A DNA stretch of 64,000 nucleotides from Octopus vulgaris. Its lineage: Eukaryota. The position numbers and the translations under genes are program-made. The stretch lies in contig OX597839.1 of assembly GCA_951406725.2 (NCBI GenBank), forward strand, positions 16,430,001-16,494,000, given 5' to 3'. Below the pieces are notes generated by a model, which was not told the origin of the DNA, made no database searches, and saw nothing but the letters and a program-made list of their open reading frames with translations. Below are positions 1-12,510 of the stretch, one piece after another (the first letter of the stretch is position 1; each line of letters opens with the position of its first letter).

Positions 1-628
1 GCTTCTTTCAGTTTCCGTCTGCCAAATCCACTCACAAGGCTTTGGTCGGCCCGAGGCTATAGTAGAAGACGCCCAATGTGCCACGCAGTGGGACTGAAAC
101 CAGAACCGTGTGGTTGGGAAGCAAGCCTCTTACACAGCCACGCCTACGCCTTTTCTTTTTCTTTCTTTTAATTAATTTATTGCTAATAATTAATTTTTCA
201 GTTATATATTTTTGAAATCTCAGTTTGAAGAGAAAATTTTAAGCAGACCTCTTTCTTTCTTTCTTTCATTCATTTCTTTTTTTGGAGGGAAAAATACATT
301 TTTCTTTCTCTTTCTCTCATTTGAGATTTAACGATTTTTATAGCATGTTTCGTACTGTGTTGCTTAATGGGAACAGTCTAATTTATGAACTTCCTAATGA
401 AAAGACAGAAGTAGCAATCAGTCAGAACGTGTTTAGCTTTAATAACCTGTTCATCATTTGTTCACAAATTCATGAAATAACATTGTTACGTGCTGTTGTT
501 GTTGTTACTACTACTACTACTACTACTACTACCACTACTACTACTACTGCTACTACTACTACATTAAAGTGGCGAGGTGACAGAATCTAGAGCGTCGGAC
601 AAAATGAGTAACGGTATTTCGTCTGTAA

Positions 629-859
629 GGCGGCGAGCTGGCAGAAACGTTAGCATGCCGGACGAAATGCGTAGCAGTATTTCGTCTGCCGTTACGTTCT
701 GAGTTCAAATTCCGCCGAGGTCGACTTTGCCTTTCATCCTTTCGGGGTCGATAAATTAAGTACCAGTTACGCACTGGGGTCGATGTAATCGACTTAATCC
801 GTTTGTCTGTCCTTTTTCGTCCCCTCTGTGTTTGGCCCCTTGTGGGTAGTAAAGAAATA
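629..859 (+). mobile_element. tRNA-derived SINE family B (resembles octopus OK-type SINE), young copy inserted into an older copy
   Basis: GGCGGCGAGCTGGCAGAA head, GAGTTCAAATTCC B-box-like motif, central GCCTTTCATCCTTTCGGGGTCGATAAA, 3' end AAAGAAATA; flanked by GTATTTCGTC(T/C)GT duplication; more than 15 related copies in the window. Confidence 0.85.
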
Positions 860-957
860 TGTATTTCGTCCGTCTTTACGTTCAACAAACAACAATAATA
901 ATAATAACATCGAAAAAATACCTTAAGAGTGAGAACCCAGGTTCGAAATTTCCCCAA

Positions 958-1003
958 GACACCTGATGAAGGCTGGAGGGTATATCAGCCGAAACGTTGT
1001 GTT
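958..1003 (+). ncRNA. Minimal type I hammerhead ribozyme motif
   Basis: GACAC-CTGATGA-A-GGCTG(10 nt)CAGCC-GAAA-CG-TT-GTGTT: stem I GACAC/GTGTT, intact core, 5-bp stem II, palindromic AACGTT stem III typical of Penelope-associated minimal hammerheads. Confidence 0.75.
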
Positions 1004-1081
1004 AACAACAAACAAGATGAGGACAAATATCCGTCGAATGCAAATAATGTACATAACTCCTCATCTCTTAAATATAGAACT

Positions 1082-1570
1082 GAATTCCATTAGTTTTCCA
1101 ACAAGACTCCAAGTGTACAAGATCCTGGTGAATTTGATCCTTCTGTATGGGTATGAGATCTGGACTCTTACAGCTGACATGGAGCAAAAAATTCAGTAAT
1201 TTGAGCACAAGTCCTTCACAAGGTTGTTACTCATCCCGTACACAGAGTACAAAACGTACGGCTTAGGCAGCAAATCAGTAAATACGCTGCCAGACAACAA
1301 TTCCTTGTGCAGGTAAAAAGACGGAAGCTTGCCTGGTAAACTCATGTATCCCGCTACAATTCCCTGCCCAAAACTATCCTTCAGGGTAGAGTTGAGGGAG
1401 GGCGAAGGAAAGACTGACAGAGAAAATCCTGGTTTGACAACATAAAGGACTGGTATGGTCACAACAGTGTGGATCTGTTGTGACCTGACAGCGAACAGAG
1501 TCCAGTGGCAACAGCTGACTACGAAAGCATGTAGAGTGGCAGCGCAACGACTGGCTGCATCAGTCAAGGG
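1082..1570 (+). mobile_element. RTE-clade LINE, degraded C-terminal fragment
   Basis: ISFPTRLQVYKILVNLILLYGYEIWTLT..MEQKIQ*FEHK..RLLLIPY, then VKRRKLAW..HVSRYNSLPKTILQGRVE; contains stops and frameshifts. Confidence 0.75.
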
Positions 1571-2079
1571 GTCTTGGCAATGACCTTCAGGAGAAATTAT
1601 TATTGTTAAGGATTTTTGAACTTCAAAACAATGGTTTCAAATTTTGGAACAAGCCCGGCAATTTTAAGTGAAGGGGCAAATCGATTAAAACGATCCCAGT
1701 GTTAAAACTGGTACTTATTTTATCTACCCCGAAAGAGATGAAAGGCAAAGTCGACATCGGCGAAATTCGAACCTCTGAACGTAAAATGTTCAGAAGAAAT
1801 GCAACGAAGCAGTTTGCCCGACTCGCTAAGCAATTCTACCAACGCGCAAACTTTTATTGAACATCGACCAATAATTATTTTTAATTACTGCTTCTTTAAT
1901 TTTCTCATCGTTCGTTGTTTTAATTCTAGTCGGTGTGTAAAGTTAATATCCTAAACAAAACGCACTGGGAGTAAATTTACTTTTAAAATATTGCCAGAAC
2001 GGGGTTAATTGTTAGGAAACTCTGCCCTACAGGTCTTCTGTAGTAAATAAAAGTAAAATGAAATTCCTTCCGGAGTCAT

Positions 2080-2283
2080 AACGACTCATAAGGGCCGGTT
2101 TCCCAATTCCCATGGCGTATACATTCCCCACCTGCTCATTTTTGCTAGCTGCGTGGACGGGAGCAACGTGAAATAAAGTGTTTTGCTCAAGGACAGATCG
2201 CATCACTCGGTCCAGGAATCGAAACCACAATCTTATGATCATGAGTCCAACAGTCCAGCCACTAAGCGAGCCACGCGCCTCCA
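2080..2283 (-). mobile_element. tRNA-derived SINE family D with CORE-like domain
   Basis: Minus strand GGAGGCGCGTGGC..AGTGG head, GGTTTCGATTCC B box, CCTTGAGCAAAACACTT..TTCACGTTGCTCC..CAGCT..AAAAATGAG resembling the CORE domain; further copies at 3580-3825, 11343-11460, 12534-12935, 20999-21275. Confidence 0.7.
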
Positions 2284-3264
2284 CTTTCTGTAGTAGTTGT
2301 TGCTTGTCCCTTCTCGAGCCATACCTGGCTCATAAGGGCCGGTTTCCCGGTTTCATTGGCGCATAGGTTTCACACCTGGACGGGTCGCAGGTGAGCTGCT
2401 AGATGCAGGAGGAAAGAGTGAGAGAAAGTTATGGCGAAAGAGTCAGCAGAAGTTCGCCATTACCTTCTGCCGGAGCCGCGTAGAGCTTAGGCTCATAAAT
2501 ACACACATCTGAGATTCGAACCCGCTATCCCCCGACCGCGAGTCCGCTGCTCTAACCACTAGGCCACGTGCCTCCAAATGTTCTATAGTAAAGTTATATA
2601 AATAAAGTGGTAAATACTTATAGTAAGCAAATTAGTGGTCCCAGTTCTCTGAAGCTACAGGATTTGTGGTGTATATAAACAGACTGGTTACCTCTTTCCC
2701 TCGGCGAGGTCAAACTTTTAATGAGAACCTTATTAAGGTTCGAGAATCGATTCAGGTTGTTCTCCCCCAACCCCACAATCTACAGAGAACTGGTTAAATT
2801 TGCCTTGTTTATGTTTACCACGTTTATTTATCTTTGTGTGTGTGTGTCCATGTATGTATGTTCCGTTCAAAGAGCGTGCGCACACACATACACAAGACCT
2901 TCTTCAATTTTAAGACAGACATATAGACAACATGCAAAAGGTCATGTAGAAAACATGAAAAACAGGATATATATATATATATTTCTTTACTGCCCACAAG
3001 GGGCTAAACATAGAGGGGACAAACAAGGACAGACAAAAGATTAAGTTGATTATATCGACCCCAGTGTGTAACTGGTAGTTATATAATCGACCCCGAAAGG
3101 ATGAAAGACAAAGTCGACCTCGGCGGAATTTGAACTCAGAACGTAGCGGCAGACGAAATACCGAAATATATATATGAAACATAAGTGTCTGTGCATGTAC
3201 ATGGACACATATGTACATCTGCAAGTATCCCTAAATACGTGTTTTATTTATTTATTTTTTATTT

Positions 3265-3570
3265 ATGCGCCCTTTTCAAGCCTAGCCAGGCTCAAGGGAC
3301 CGGTTTCCCAGTTTCTGTGGCGTATATGTTCCCCCCAGCTGGACGGGACGCCAGTCCATCGCAGCGTTACCCAAGAAACAGGAAGAGAGAGTGAGAGAAA
3401 GTTGGGGCGAAAGAGTACGACAGGAGTCGCCACCACCCCCTGCTGGAGCTTCGTGGAGCTTTAGGTGTTTTCGCTCAATAGACACGCACAACGCCCGGTC
3501 TGGGAATCGAAATTGCAATCCTCCGACCGCGAGTCCGCTGCTCTAACCACTGGGCCATTGAGCCTCCACT
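3265..3570 (-). mobile_element. tRNA-derived SINE family C (OR-like)
   Basis: Minus strand GGAGGCTCAATGGCCCAGTGGTTAGAGCAGCGGACTCGCGGTCGGAGGATTGCAATTTCGATTCCCAGACC with A/B-box tRNA head; related copies at 2310-2577, 6230-6395, 15289-15592. Confidence 0.75.
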
Positions 3571-4454
3571 AAAATAAATGCGCCCTTTTAAAGCCTAGCC
3601 AGGCTCATGGACCCGATATCTCGGTTTCAATGGCGTGTGTGTTCCCCAGCTGGACGGGACGCCAGTCCATCGCAGCGTTACTCATTTTTGCCAGATGAGT
3701 GAACTGGAGCAACGTGAAATGAGGTGTTTTGCTCAAGAATACATTGCGTCGCCCGGTCCAGGAATCGAAACCACAATCTTACGATCATGATGCTGACACC
3801 CTAACCACTAAGCCACGCGCCTCCACAAATACGTGTTTACAGACACATATTCAGCTGATCAAAGGAGTGGAGTGCATACCACGCTCGGCGGATGTGTTAC
3901 AAACTGTTAGTCGTTATTATGGTTGATCTTACACATAAATAACTGTCTCGATGTATTACCGTTTGTTACCAAATTTCGACCTTTGGCAATCATTATCCGA
4001 AATCTCTCTCACTCTCACTCTCTGCGTGTACGACTGCATGTGCGTAGGTGCGTGTTTCGCTATATATCTGACAAAGCGCACGTATTCTACGCCCACGAAT
4101 CTTTGTGGATCAAAATTATTACTAAATATAGACATGCACAAGATCGATAATATAAACAAGAAAAACACAACTCAAAACATATGCGTATGTCTTTGATTAT
4201 TTTATTCGGCAGAAGTTACAAAGTGACTCGAAGGCTGAAAGTTTCGTTCAAAGCACTAAAATATATATTAAAAAAAATTATACATACATACATACATACA
4301 ATAAGTTCCAAGTTGACAAATTATATCACTATTTTGATGAAATTGTTCATTGCTTGAAAAATACTGGTCGAGTTTAACAAAATTTAATATGTACTCAATG
4401 CATAAAGTGTCATTGTTGGGCCCAAGGCCCAATGAAGAGCCTTCCACGGGAATT

Positions 4455-4823
4455 AGCTTACCAACCACATAATTCTGGGTTCAGTCCCACTGTGTGACAC
4501 CTTGGGCAAGTGTCTTCTACTATAGCCACAGGCCAACCAAAGCCTTGTGAGTGGATTTAGTGGATGGAAACTGAAAGAAGCCCGTCGTATATGTGTGCGT
4601 GTGTGTGTTTGTGTGTCTGTGTTTGTCCCCTCCCCCCAGCATCGCGTGACAACTGATGCTGGTGTGTTTACGTCCACGTAACTTAGCGGTTCTGCAAAAG
4701 AGACCAATAGAATAAGTACTAGGCTTACAAAGAATAAGTCCTGGGGTCGATTTCTTCGACTAAAGGCAGTGCTCCAGCATGGCCGCAGTCAAATGACTGA
4801 AGCAAGTAAAAGAATAAAAGAAT
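4455..4823 (+). mobile_element. SINE family A, 5'-truncated copy
   Basis: GGTTCAGTCCC B box, CACCTTGGGCAAGTGTCTT, internal (TG)n, 3' CCAGCATGGCCGCAGTCAAATGACTGA..AAAAGAATAAAAGAATA tail. Confidence 0.85.
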
Positions 4824-5789
4824 ATATGGGTGTGTGTGTGTATGTGTGTTTATGTATGTATGTATGTATGTAGACAGCAGTTTGCAATGTTTCACCAAAA
4901 AGGAAAACTATAATCATCACTAAATGTTACTAGGGTGTTAGAAGCACCTACATTGCTAGAAATAAGAGCTAAAATGCTCTATTGTTGTAGTCAAAGCACA
5001 TAATTGTATACACATAAACACATGTATGTATGTATGTATGTATGTATGTATGTATGATGTATGTACGTATGTATGTATGTATGTGTGTATGATGTATGTA
5101 TGTTAGGCGCGCTCCGAGGATATTCATGATTGTTCGGTCATTCCAAACAGACATGAAAGGAGTCATTCAATCTGATGGCTCTTACTCGGACTACTTCAAC
5201 ATTCGTTAAGGAGTAAAACACAGCTGTGTGCTTTCTCCTTTACCCTGATCAGCATCTTCTTTGCACTGTCGCGTAGAAGCACACCATTGGTGTTTAACTT
5301 CCAATAAAATCAGGCACGAAGCTTTTCAGTCTGTGCCGACTGAGGACGAAAACGAAAGTAGGCAAAGTCACGTGGTTGGGAAGCAAGCCTCTTAACCATA
5401 CAACAACACGGCTACAATATTGAACAAACAAAATTGGATTCTTAAAATGGAAGTGTTTGGGAATCAACTGCATGAAACCTCAGATTACCCTGACCGCACA
5501 AGTACCTTGAAGTTCAAATATCCATAACATATAACAATTTATTTCTTTATTGCCTACAAGGGGCTAAACAAAGAAGGGACAAACAAGGACAGACAAAGGG
5601 ATTAAGCCGATTACATCGACCCCAGTACGTAACTGGTACTTAATTTATCGACCCCGAAAGGATGGAAGGGCAAAGTCGACCTTGGCGGAATTTGAACTCA
5701 GAACGTAACGGCTAAGCATTTCGCCCGGCGTGCTAACGTTTCTGCCAGCTCGCCGCCTTATAATAATTTCTACTAAACGTCATCGTCAC

Positions 5790-6110
5790 GATCCCTGAAC
5801 CGATGCAAACCAATCGTTGCGCTTTTGTAGTCAACTGTTGCCACGGGTCTCTGTTCCAGTCGTGATGTTACACCAGGTTGATACTGTAAAAATCAAGATT
5901 ATCTCTGTCTGCCTTTCTTTCGCCCTCTCTCAACTGTGCCCCGAAGAATAGTTTTGGGTAAGGAATTGCGGCGGGATACATAAGCTTACCAGGCAAGCCG
6001 CCGTCTTTTTACCTGTCTCTGTCTGCCAGCGTATTTATTGACAAAGCTGTACTTTCTTCCAGTTCTTGCGGCCAGTCTTTGTTTGTTTGTTGAGCGAAGC
6101 GGTCTTCGTC
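5790..6110 (-). mobile_element. RTE LINE C-terminal fragment, same family as 1082-1570
   Basis: Minus strand VKRRRLAW*AYVSRRNSLPKTILRGTVERGRKKGRQR. Confidence 0.65.
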
Positions 6111-7019
6111 CGTAGTGGGAGGAGTCCGATACGTGGTCCTTTGCTATTCGTAAGACCCGCAGAAGAGAAAGCAGATCAACCTCCGACACCGACGGATGGA
6201 TGAATGCGCATCCAGGCTCAGCGTTCGCGTAGGAAGTCGGGGACAAGAAACAGGAAGAAAGTTAGAGCGAAAGAGTACAACAGGGAGCCTCGTGAAGCTT
6301 TTAGGTGTTTTCGCTCAATAAACACACATAACGCCCGGTTTGGGAATCGAAACCGCGATCCTCCGACCGCGAGTCCGCTGCCATTGCGCCTCCACTTGCG
6401 GCCAGTCTTCAACCACATGGCTAGAGACAACCCATTTAACTATGCCGATTTCGTCTCCTGCTAACATTTCGTTAAACGCACTGGAAGGCAACACCTCTGT
6501 CTCTATTCTCACTTTTCTCTCCAAGTGTTACCTGACGATGCCGGCAAAAGCTTTGCCCGAGAGGAACATCTGTCTTCAAACCAACCAACCGTGTCTCTCG
6601 TTATAACTTCCGTCGTCATAGCAACCAGGTGGAAAGAAACTATTCATTTCTTCTTCTTCCAGGCCAATAAGAACATTCTTTCTCATCTTGGCACTCGATC
6701 AGTCTTGTAAGGAAAGGATAGGACAGTCGACGACATTGATACCCCAGGACTCATTCGGTACTCTATTTTATTGACTCCTGTCCTTGACTGGTACTTTGTT
6801 TTATCAGCCTCGAAAGGATGGAAAGCAAAGCTGATTACGGTGGAATTCGAAATCAGAACTTAAGAATCAGAAACAAACCTACCCACCACACACAAAACAT
6901 TTCGTTCGATGCTCTAACGATTCTGCCAGCCTTACCATCTTCGACGGGTCACTTTTTTTTTATTAACACGCACAAACGATTGGTACCAGTAATACTACAT
7001 CTAATACAGGGACTAAACT

Positions 7020-8400
7020 CCCACCACCACCACCACCACCACTACCACCACCACCACTCTCCGCCTCTGCTCGATGCTACTGTAAACTACTCAAGTAATA
7101 GCACGTCATTACCTCTTAATTAGATTGCTTAATTAATTCGTCTCATCCGCTTTGCCTAGCTTACTGGTTTTGTTGTCATCGTCGCTGCTGTTGTTGTTGG
7201 TGTTGTTTTTGGTAGTGTGGGGGGTGGCGGCGGTGGGGGGGGGTTGCTGGTGGTGGTGGTGGGGTGGGGTTTGTATCGGCATTGTTGTTGATAGAGGTGG
7301 TAGTGGTGGTGAAGGTGTTGGTGCTATGCCTTTGCTGTTGATGGCGGTGGCTAAGGTGTTAGTGTTGGCTGTTACTGGTGGTGGTGGTGGTGCTGGTAAT
7401 TCCCAGTTGGCTTCGATCCAACGAGCAGACCAATGACCTAAGGCACTCCAACAGTGGCCGTACCGTGATTTTGTTTCTTAAATATAAGTCCACCTTGGAT
7501 TAGACCATCCAATGGATCTTTTGTTCAGACGGTTTCGTGTGAGCTGAGTGAGGTATAGGGGAGGGGGAGATATTGGCCGCTATTTCTAGCAGATCGAGAG
7601 ATCATACAGCGATCTCTATGATGGCTTGTTTCTGACAAATTCGCAAATTTTTATTTGGCTGCTATTTCTTGCAAACTGGTGAGTGTGTGTGTGTGTGTGT
7701 CTGTGTTTGCGCGTATGTGTGAGTGTATGTGTGTTGGAAGAGCACTTTTGTTGGTTCATGGCCTTTATCTTGTTTAGGTGATACCACCACCACCACCACC
7801 ACTACAACAACAACTACTACTACTACTACTACCCAGCATACCACTACCACTACTTCAACCATCACAACTACCACCTCCACAATCACCACATAAACAACAA
7901 CCACATACACACACACATAAATGCACGTATATGTATATATATACGCATACGTATATATATACACATACATATACGTATACATGTATATATATATGTATAT
8001 ATGTGTACATGTATATGTGTTTGTGTCTTCTTGTCTTGACATCATGTGGTAGCTGTAAACGAGAATCACCGTTACACAAGTGGGGTTGTGATGTCCATTT
8101 CCAATCTTCCACAAAAACATGTCCGACCACGATGAAATATATGACCTTGCTAAGAATCAGGTGTGTATGTCGGGGGTGGGATGGTAACAGGGAAAGCATA
8201 AAAAAAAGGGGGAAAATATTTGTGTCAATGAATTCTGTGACCAAATGCAAGGAGGGCAAGGTGGGTAGGAAAAACGATGATGATGAGGAGGAGAAGGAAT
8301 GATGATGATGGTGGTGGTGGTGGTAGTGATCATGATAATGGCAATGATGATGACAATGATAGTGATGATGATGGTGATGACAACAATGATAGATGTCACT
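7020..8400. repeat. Compound trinucleotide and dinucleotide microsatellite field: (CAC)n, (GGT)n, (CTA)n, (GAT)n, (TA)n/(CA)n
   Basis: Directly visible; the source of low-complexity ORFs in the track. Confidence 0.9.
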
Positions 8401-8609
8401 CCATCACAAAACCTTTTGAATGCAATGTCAGCTTTTGGCCCGAAGCGATTCTTATGTGACGAGTGTTATTTCAATAAAGGACAAAAGTAATACATTTGAT
8501 AGGCGACGCTTTTTATTTTTCTACACCAAATTAATGTGTGGGGGTGCTTGTTTATTATAGTTTTGTAATTAAATCTTTTGAAATTACTACTAAATAATGA
8601 AACAATATC

Positions 8610-8649
<40 letters not shown>

Positions 8650-8789
8650 TATATATATATATATATATATACATATGAGAGGGATGACCACTATGTGGAC
8701 AACCCTTATGCTAGAAGTAGATCCGCTATGGTCTTACCACTAAGAAATGTTCTCAAGAAAAATTTATCAAAAATTTATATATATGTGAC

Positions 8790-8989
8790 TGCGTGTGTAC
8801 TGTTGGCAAATTTTTTTCCTTCATCTTCCCTTCTCTGGATCTTTCCTTTTCCTATGTTTCTGACAAAGAGCTCCGCTCGAAACGTTAAACCCTCCTTCTT
8901 CCCTTCCTTCCTGAGCGTCCAATAATACTATATTTGTTCCACGTCCTCACATTGTTGTGTTTTCTCTTTGTGTTTTCATGTTTGGATTA

Positions 8990-8994
<5 letters not shown>
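8790..8994 (+). mobile_element. Short (TA)n-embedded element with hammerhead-like motif (8856-8890); second copy at 38546-38740
   Basis: Two similar ~200 bp copies flanked by (TA)n; motif GTTT-CTGACAA-A-GAGC-TCC-GCTC-GAAA-CG-TT-AAAC. Confidence 0.65.
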
Positions 8995-9062
<68 letters not shown>

Positions 9063-9065
<3 letters not shown>

Positions 9066-9225
9066 CGCAGGAGTGGCTGTGTGGTAAGTAGCTTGCTAAC
9101 CAACCACATGGTTCCGGGTTCAGTCCCACTGCGTGGCATCTTGGGCAAATGTCTTCTGCTATAGCCCCGGGCCGACCAATGCCTTGTGAGTGGATTTGGT
9201 AGACGGAAACTGAAAGAAGCCTGTC

Positions 9226-9283
<58 letters not shown>

Positions 9284-9516
9284 TGTGTCTGTGTGTGTTT
9301 GTGTGTCTGTGTTTGTCCCCCTAGCATTGCTTGATAACCGATGCTGGTGTGTTTACGTCCCCGTCACTTAGCGGTTCGGCAAAAGAGACCGATAGAATAA
9401 GTACTGGGCTTACAAAGAATAAGTCCCGGGGTCGATTTGGTCGACTAAAGGCGGTGCTCCAGCATGGCCGCAGTCAAATGACTGAAACAAGTAAAAGAGT
9501 AAAGAGTAAAAGAGTA
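9063..9516 (+). mobile_element. SINE family A, full-length CpG-intact copy with internal (TA)n(TG)n
   Basis: GGCGCAGGAGTGGCTGTGTGGTAAG head, GGTTCAGTCCC B box, tandem AAAGAGT tail; further copies at 1-150, 13006-13381, 15968-16545, 20009-20290, 22020-22440, 28848-29255, 33517-33876, 41322-41707, 43750-44135, 57250-57416. Confidence 0.9.
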
Positions 9517-9697
9517 TATGATTCAGCAAAAATTTAGATTCAGATGAATATAATACTTAAGTTGAGGCACCAGAATTTAATACGGTATTATCCATAAAAT
9601 TTCAAAATAAGAGGTGATTAGAATCAAAATAAGCAACAAGGATATAGATATACATGTATGTATGTATGTATGTATATATATATATGTATATATATAT

Positions 9698-9829
9698 ATT
9701 TATTTTATAGAAGGAGCTTCTACAGGACTAGAACTGTTTCATTCAAAAGAAATCATCAGGAAGCTTCCTGATGATTTCTTTTGAATGAAACAGTTCTAGT
9801 CCTGTAGAAGCTCCTTCTATAAAATAAAT
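9698..9829. repeat. Perfect 132-bp palindrome centred on AAGCTT, with a hammerhead motif on each strand
   Basis: Arms are exact reverse complements; + motif at 9762-9812: AGCTTC-CTGATGA-TTTCTTTTGAAT-GAAA-CAG(8 nt)CTG-TA-GAAGCT. Confidence 0.85.
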
Positions 9830-9897
9830 TAATTTACTCTGCTATGTATTGAGTACCTTATTTACTGTGGTTAACCCCGACTCAACCCGGGACCTAC

Positions 9898-9953
<56 letters not shown>

Positions 9954-10571
9954 CACTCAGGTCGGGTACGACGATGAGGGTTTGGGCTGATCTGATCAAC
10001 GGAAAAGCTTGCTCATGAAATTAACACCTGGTCTGGGAAGTAAAACTGCGATTCCACTGCCCAAACCACTGGACCATTGTGCCTCCACTTATATATATAT
10101 ATATATATATTGTATAATAAAACAGAGGAAACAAAGGAAAATATGCATGGCTTTGAAAAGTTGGCAGAGAATGAATGTGTACAATGCTAATAAGGAAAAG
10201 AATTTATTGAATGGGAATAAAATATGGAAATAAACAACAATGGAAGTAGCATTGGTAAAAAGCATGACTTTGTGAAATTTTCAAATGTTATTTGAACTTT
10301 GGTTGAAGATGAAAATGTAGTTACAAGGACAAAGAACAAAATGTGTATTTATACACTTATTTATATGAAGGCATAGCAGTGTGGTTAAGAAACATGCTTC
10401 CCAACCATGTAGTCTTAGGTTCAGTCCCACTATGTAGCACCTTTGGCAAGCATCTTCTATTAGATCCTCAGGCCAACCAAAGCATTGTGTATGTATATAT
10501 ATATAAAGAAAGAAAGAGAGAGAAATGTATCTCTATACATACACACATATGTGTATGTATGTATGTGTGCG

Positions 10572-10612
<41 letters not shown>

Positions 10613-11528
10613 CATTTGTTGCAGATGGCGTGTCTGAGTTCCCCATCCGCTAAACAACTCTTGTTCCCAATGCCAACCAGTGTAATATACATTTGTGTAT
10701 GCAATTATTTAGTGAAGAATTTCTCCCAACTACTTTGGCAAGTACAGTGAACGCCTGAACTTGTTTGGACTTGTCACCCATTACTCGTAAAATTAATTGA
10801 AATATTAGTCACTGACTTAAAATTGCCTTTTCCCATGAAACAATGTTTATAACTAATTAATTTTATAATATTACCTGCAATTAAAATAAGTTATGATTCA
10901 ATTAATTATATATTTCACTGGCATGATTGCAGGTTCTTGTTGTGGTCACTATAGGAGAGTGGCCAAACTGTTCTTCAGCATTCCTTGTTAACGCTTGCAT
11001 CCCAACAGATGGTCTGAGGATGGCAGTGAAGTTCTTGAGGTCATAGCTGCTATTTCTGCACGAATAGATGCTTTTCTAATGCTTCACTGATTAAATATAT
11101 CGATCCCTTCATGAACCTGTATTATGCAAGATGAAGACAAACAGTAAAGGTTTGGACACAAGTCTTCAAATTCTGGTGGAGAGCCACAGATGTTGATAGT
11201 TGTCCTAGTGGTTCACTGGTATTTATTGTAAAGATGAATGGCAAATTTGAGCCAGTCACCCTTCCAAGGCCACTGAAATAAGAGATCAGAATACAAAGGG
11301 ACATAACTAAATACTAAAGCCATGTTGTAGGCTACTGTATATGAAGGCACGTGGCTCAGTGGTTAGAGCATAAGGATCACAACCATGAGGGAAAGTGTTC
11401 AATTCCTTGTCTGGACTGTGTGTTGTATTCTTGAGCAAGATACTTCATTTCACATTGACCGAAGAGGGTCTTTAACTCTTACCCTATGCTACTCTAAACA
11501 TAAAGTAATATTAGTGATGCTGTTGTCG

Positions 11529-12125
11529 GGTGGCAAGCTGGCAGAATCATTTAGCATGACAGGTAAAATACTTAGCAGCATTTCATCCATCTTTTTGTTC
11601 TGAGTTCAAATTCCACCAGTGTCAACTTTGCCTTTCATCCTTTGAGGGCCAATAAACTAAGCATTAGTCGGTTACTGGACTTGAAGTAATCGACTCAACA
11701 ACTTTCCCCAAAATTGCTGGCCTTGTGCCAAAACTTGAAATTATCATTACCATTATTGTTAATGTGGTGAAGGCGGCGAGTTGGCAGAATCATTACTGTG
11801 CTGGACAAAATGCTTAGTGGTACTGTGTCCATCTTTAGGTTCTGAGTTCAAATTCCACCAAGGTCGACTTTGCCTTTCATTCTTTCGGGGTCGATCTAAT
11901 CAACTAGTCCACCCCCCAAAAAAATTTCAGGCCTTGTGCCAATAGCAGAACAGATTATTGTTAAGGTGGAGAATTGGCAGAATCATTAGCATCCTAGACA
12001 AAATGCATAGCAGCATTTCATCCATCTTTACATTCCAGGTTCAAATTTCACTAGGGCTAACTTTACCTTTCATCCTTTCGGAGTCGATAAATTAAGCAGT
12101 AGTTAAGCATTGCAATTGATGTAAT
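11529..12125 (+). mobile_element. Cluster of three degenerate, CpG-decayed SINE-B copies
   Basis: Three successive GGCAGAATCATT..GTTCAAATT(C/T)CAC..CCTTTCAT(C/T)C units. Confidence 0.75.
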
Positions 12126-12129
12126 CAAC

Positions 12130-12510
12130 TCTTGGAGCTAATCAACAACAGCATTCGTCCTATTTTTCTGGACTGTCATGTTAGCTTGGCGATAACTATT
12201 AATATCCAGTACCGCTGCCGTAGTCTCCTTTAGAGAGAATTAGAAACAATGATATTTCTATTTTTCAAAACCAGTGGATGTATTCCACTGAATTTAGGTA
12301 AATAATCCTTCGAACAGTCGGTCAGCAGTGAGGCCAGCTGGAGTACCAGCAAGGGGAAGCTGCTGACCTCCCCTGTTCGAAGGTTATAATGGACACAGGT
12401 TTGTGTGTCACATAGCTAGCTAGAGGCGATGGCCTCTTGGAGCTAATCAATGGCAGCATTCATCCTATTTATCTGGACTGCCATGTTAGCTTGGCAATAA
12501 CTATTAATAT
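12130..12510. mobile_element. Unclassified element with ~77-bp direct terminal repeats and a structured interior
   Basis: CTCTTGGAGCTAATCAA...AACTATTAATAT at 12130-12206 and 12435-12510; internal stems CCTTCGAACAG/CTGTTCGAAGG and GGTCAGCAG/CTGCTGACC. Confidence 0.55.

Noticed and set aside
5334-5364. Hammerhead-like CTGAGGA..GAAA.GTA
   Set aside because: No stem II or stem III, and stem I is offset
12135-12195. SECIS-like ATGA..AAAA..GA on the minus strand
   Set aside because: The second repeat copy has ATGG, helix II geometry is poor, and no selenoprotein ORF is nearby
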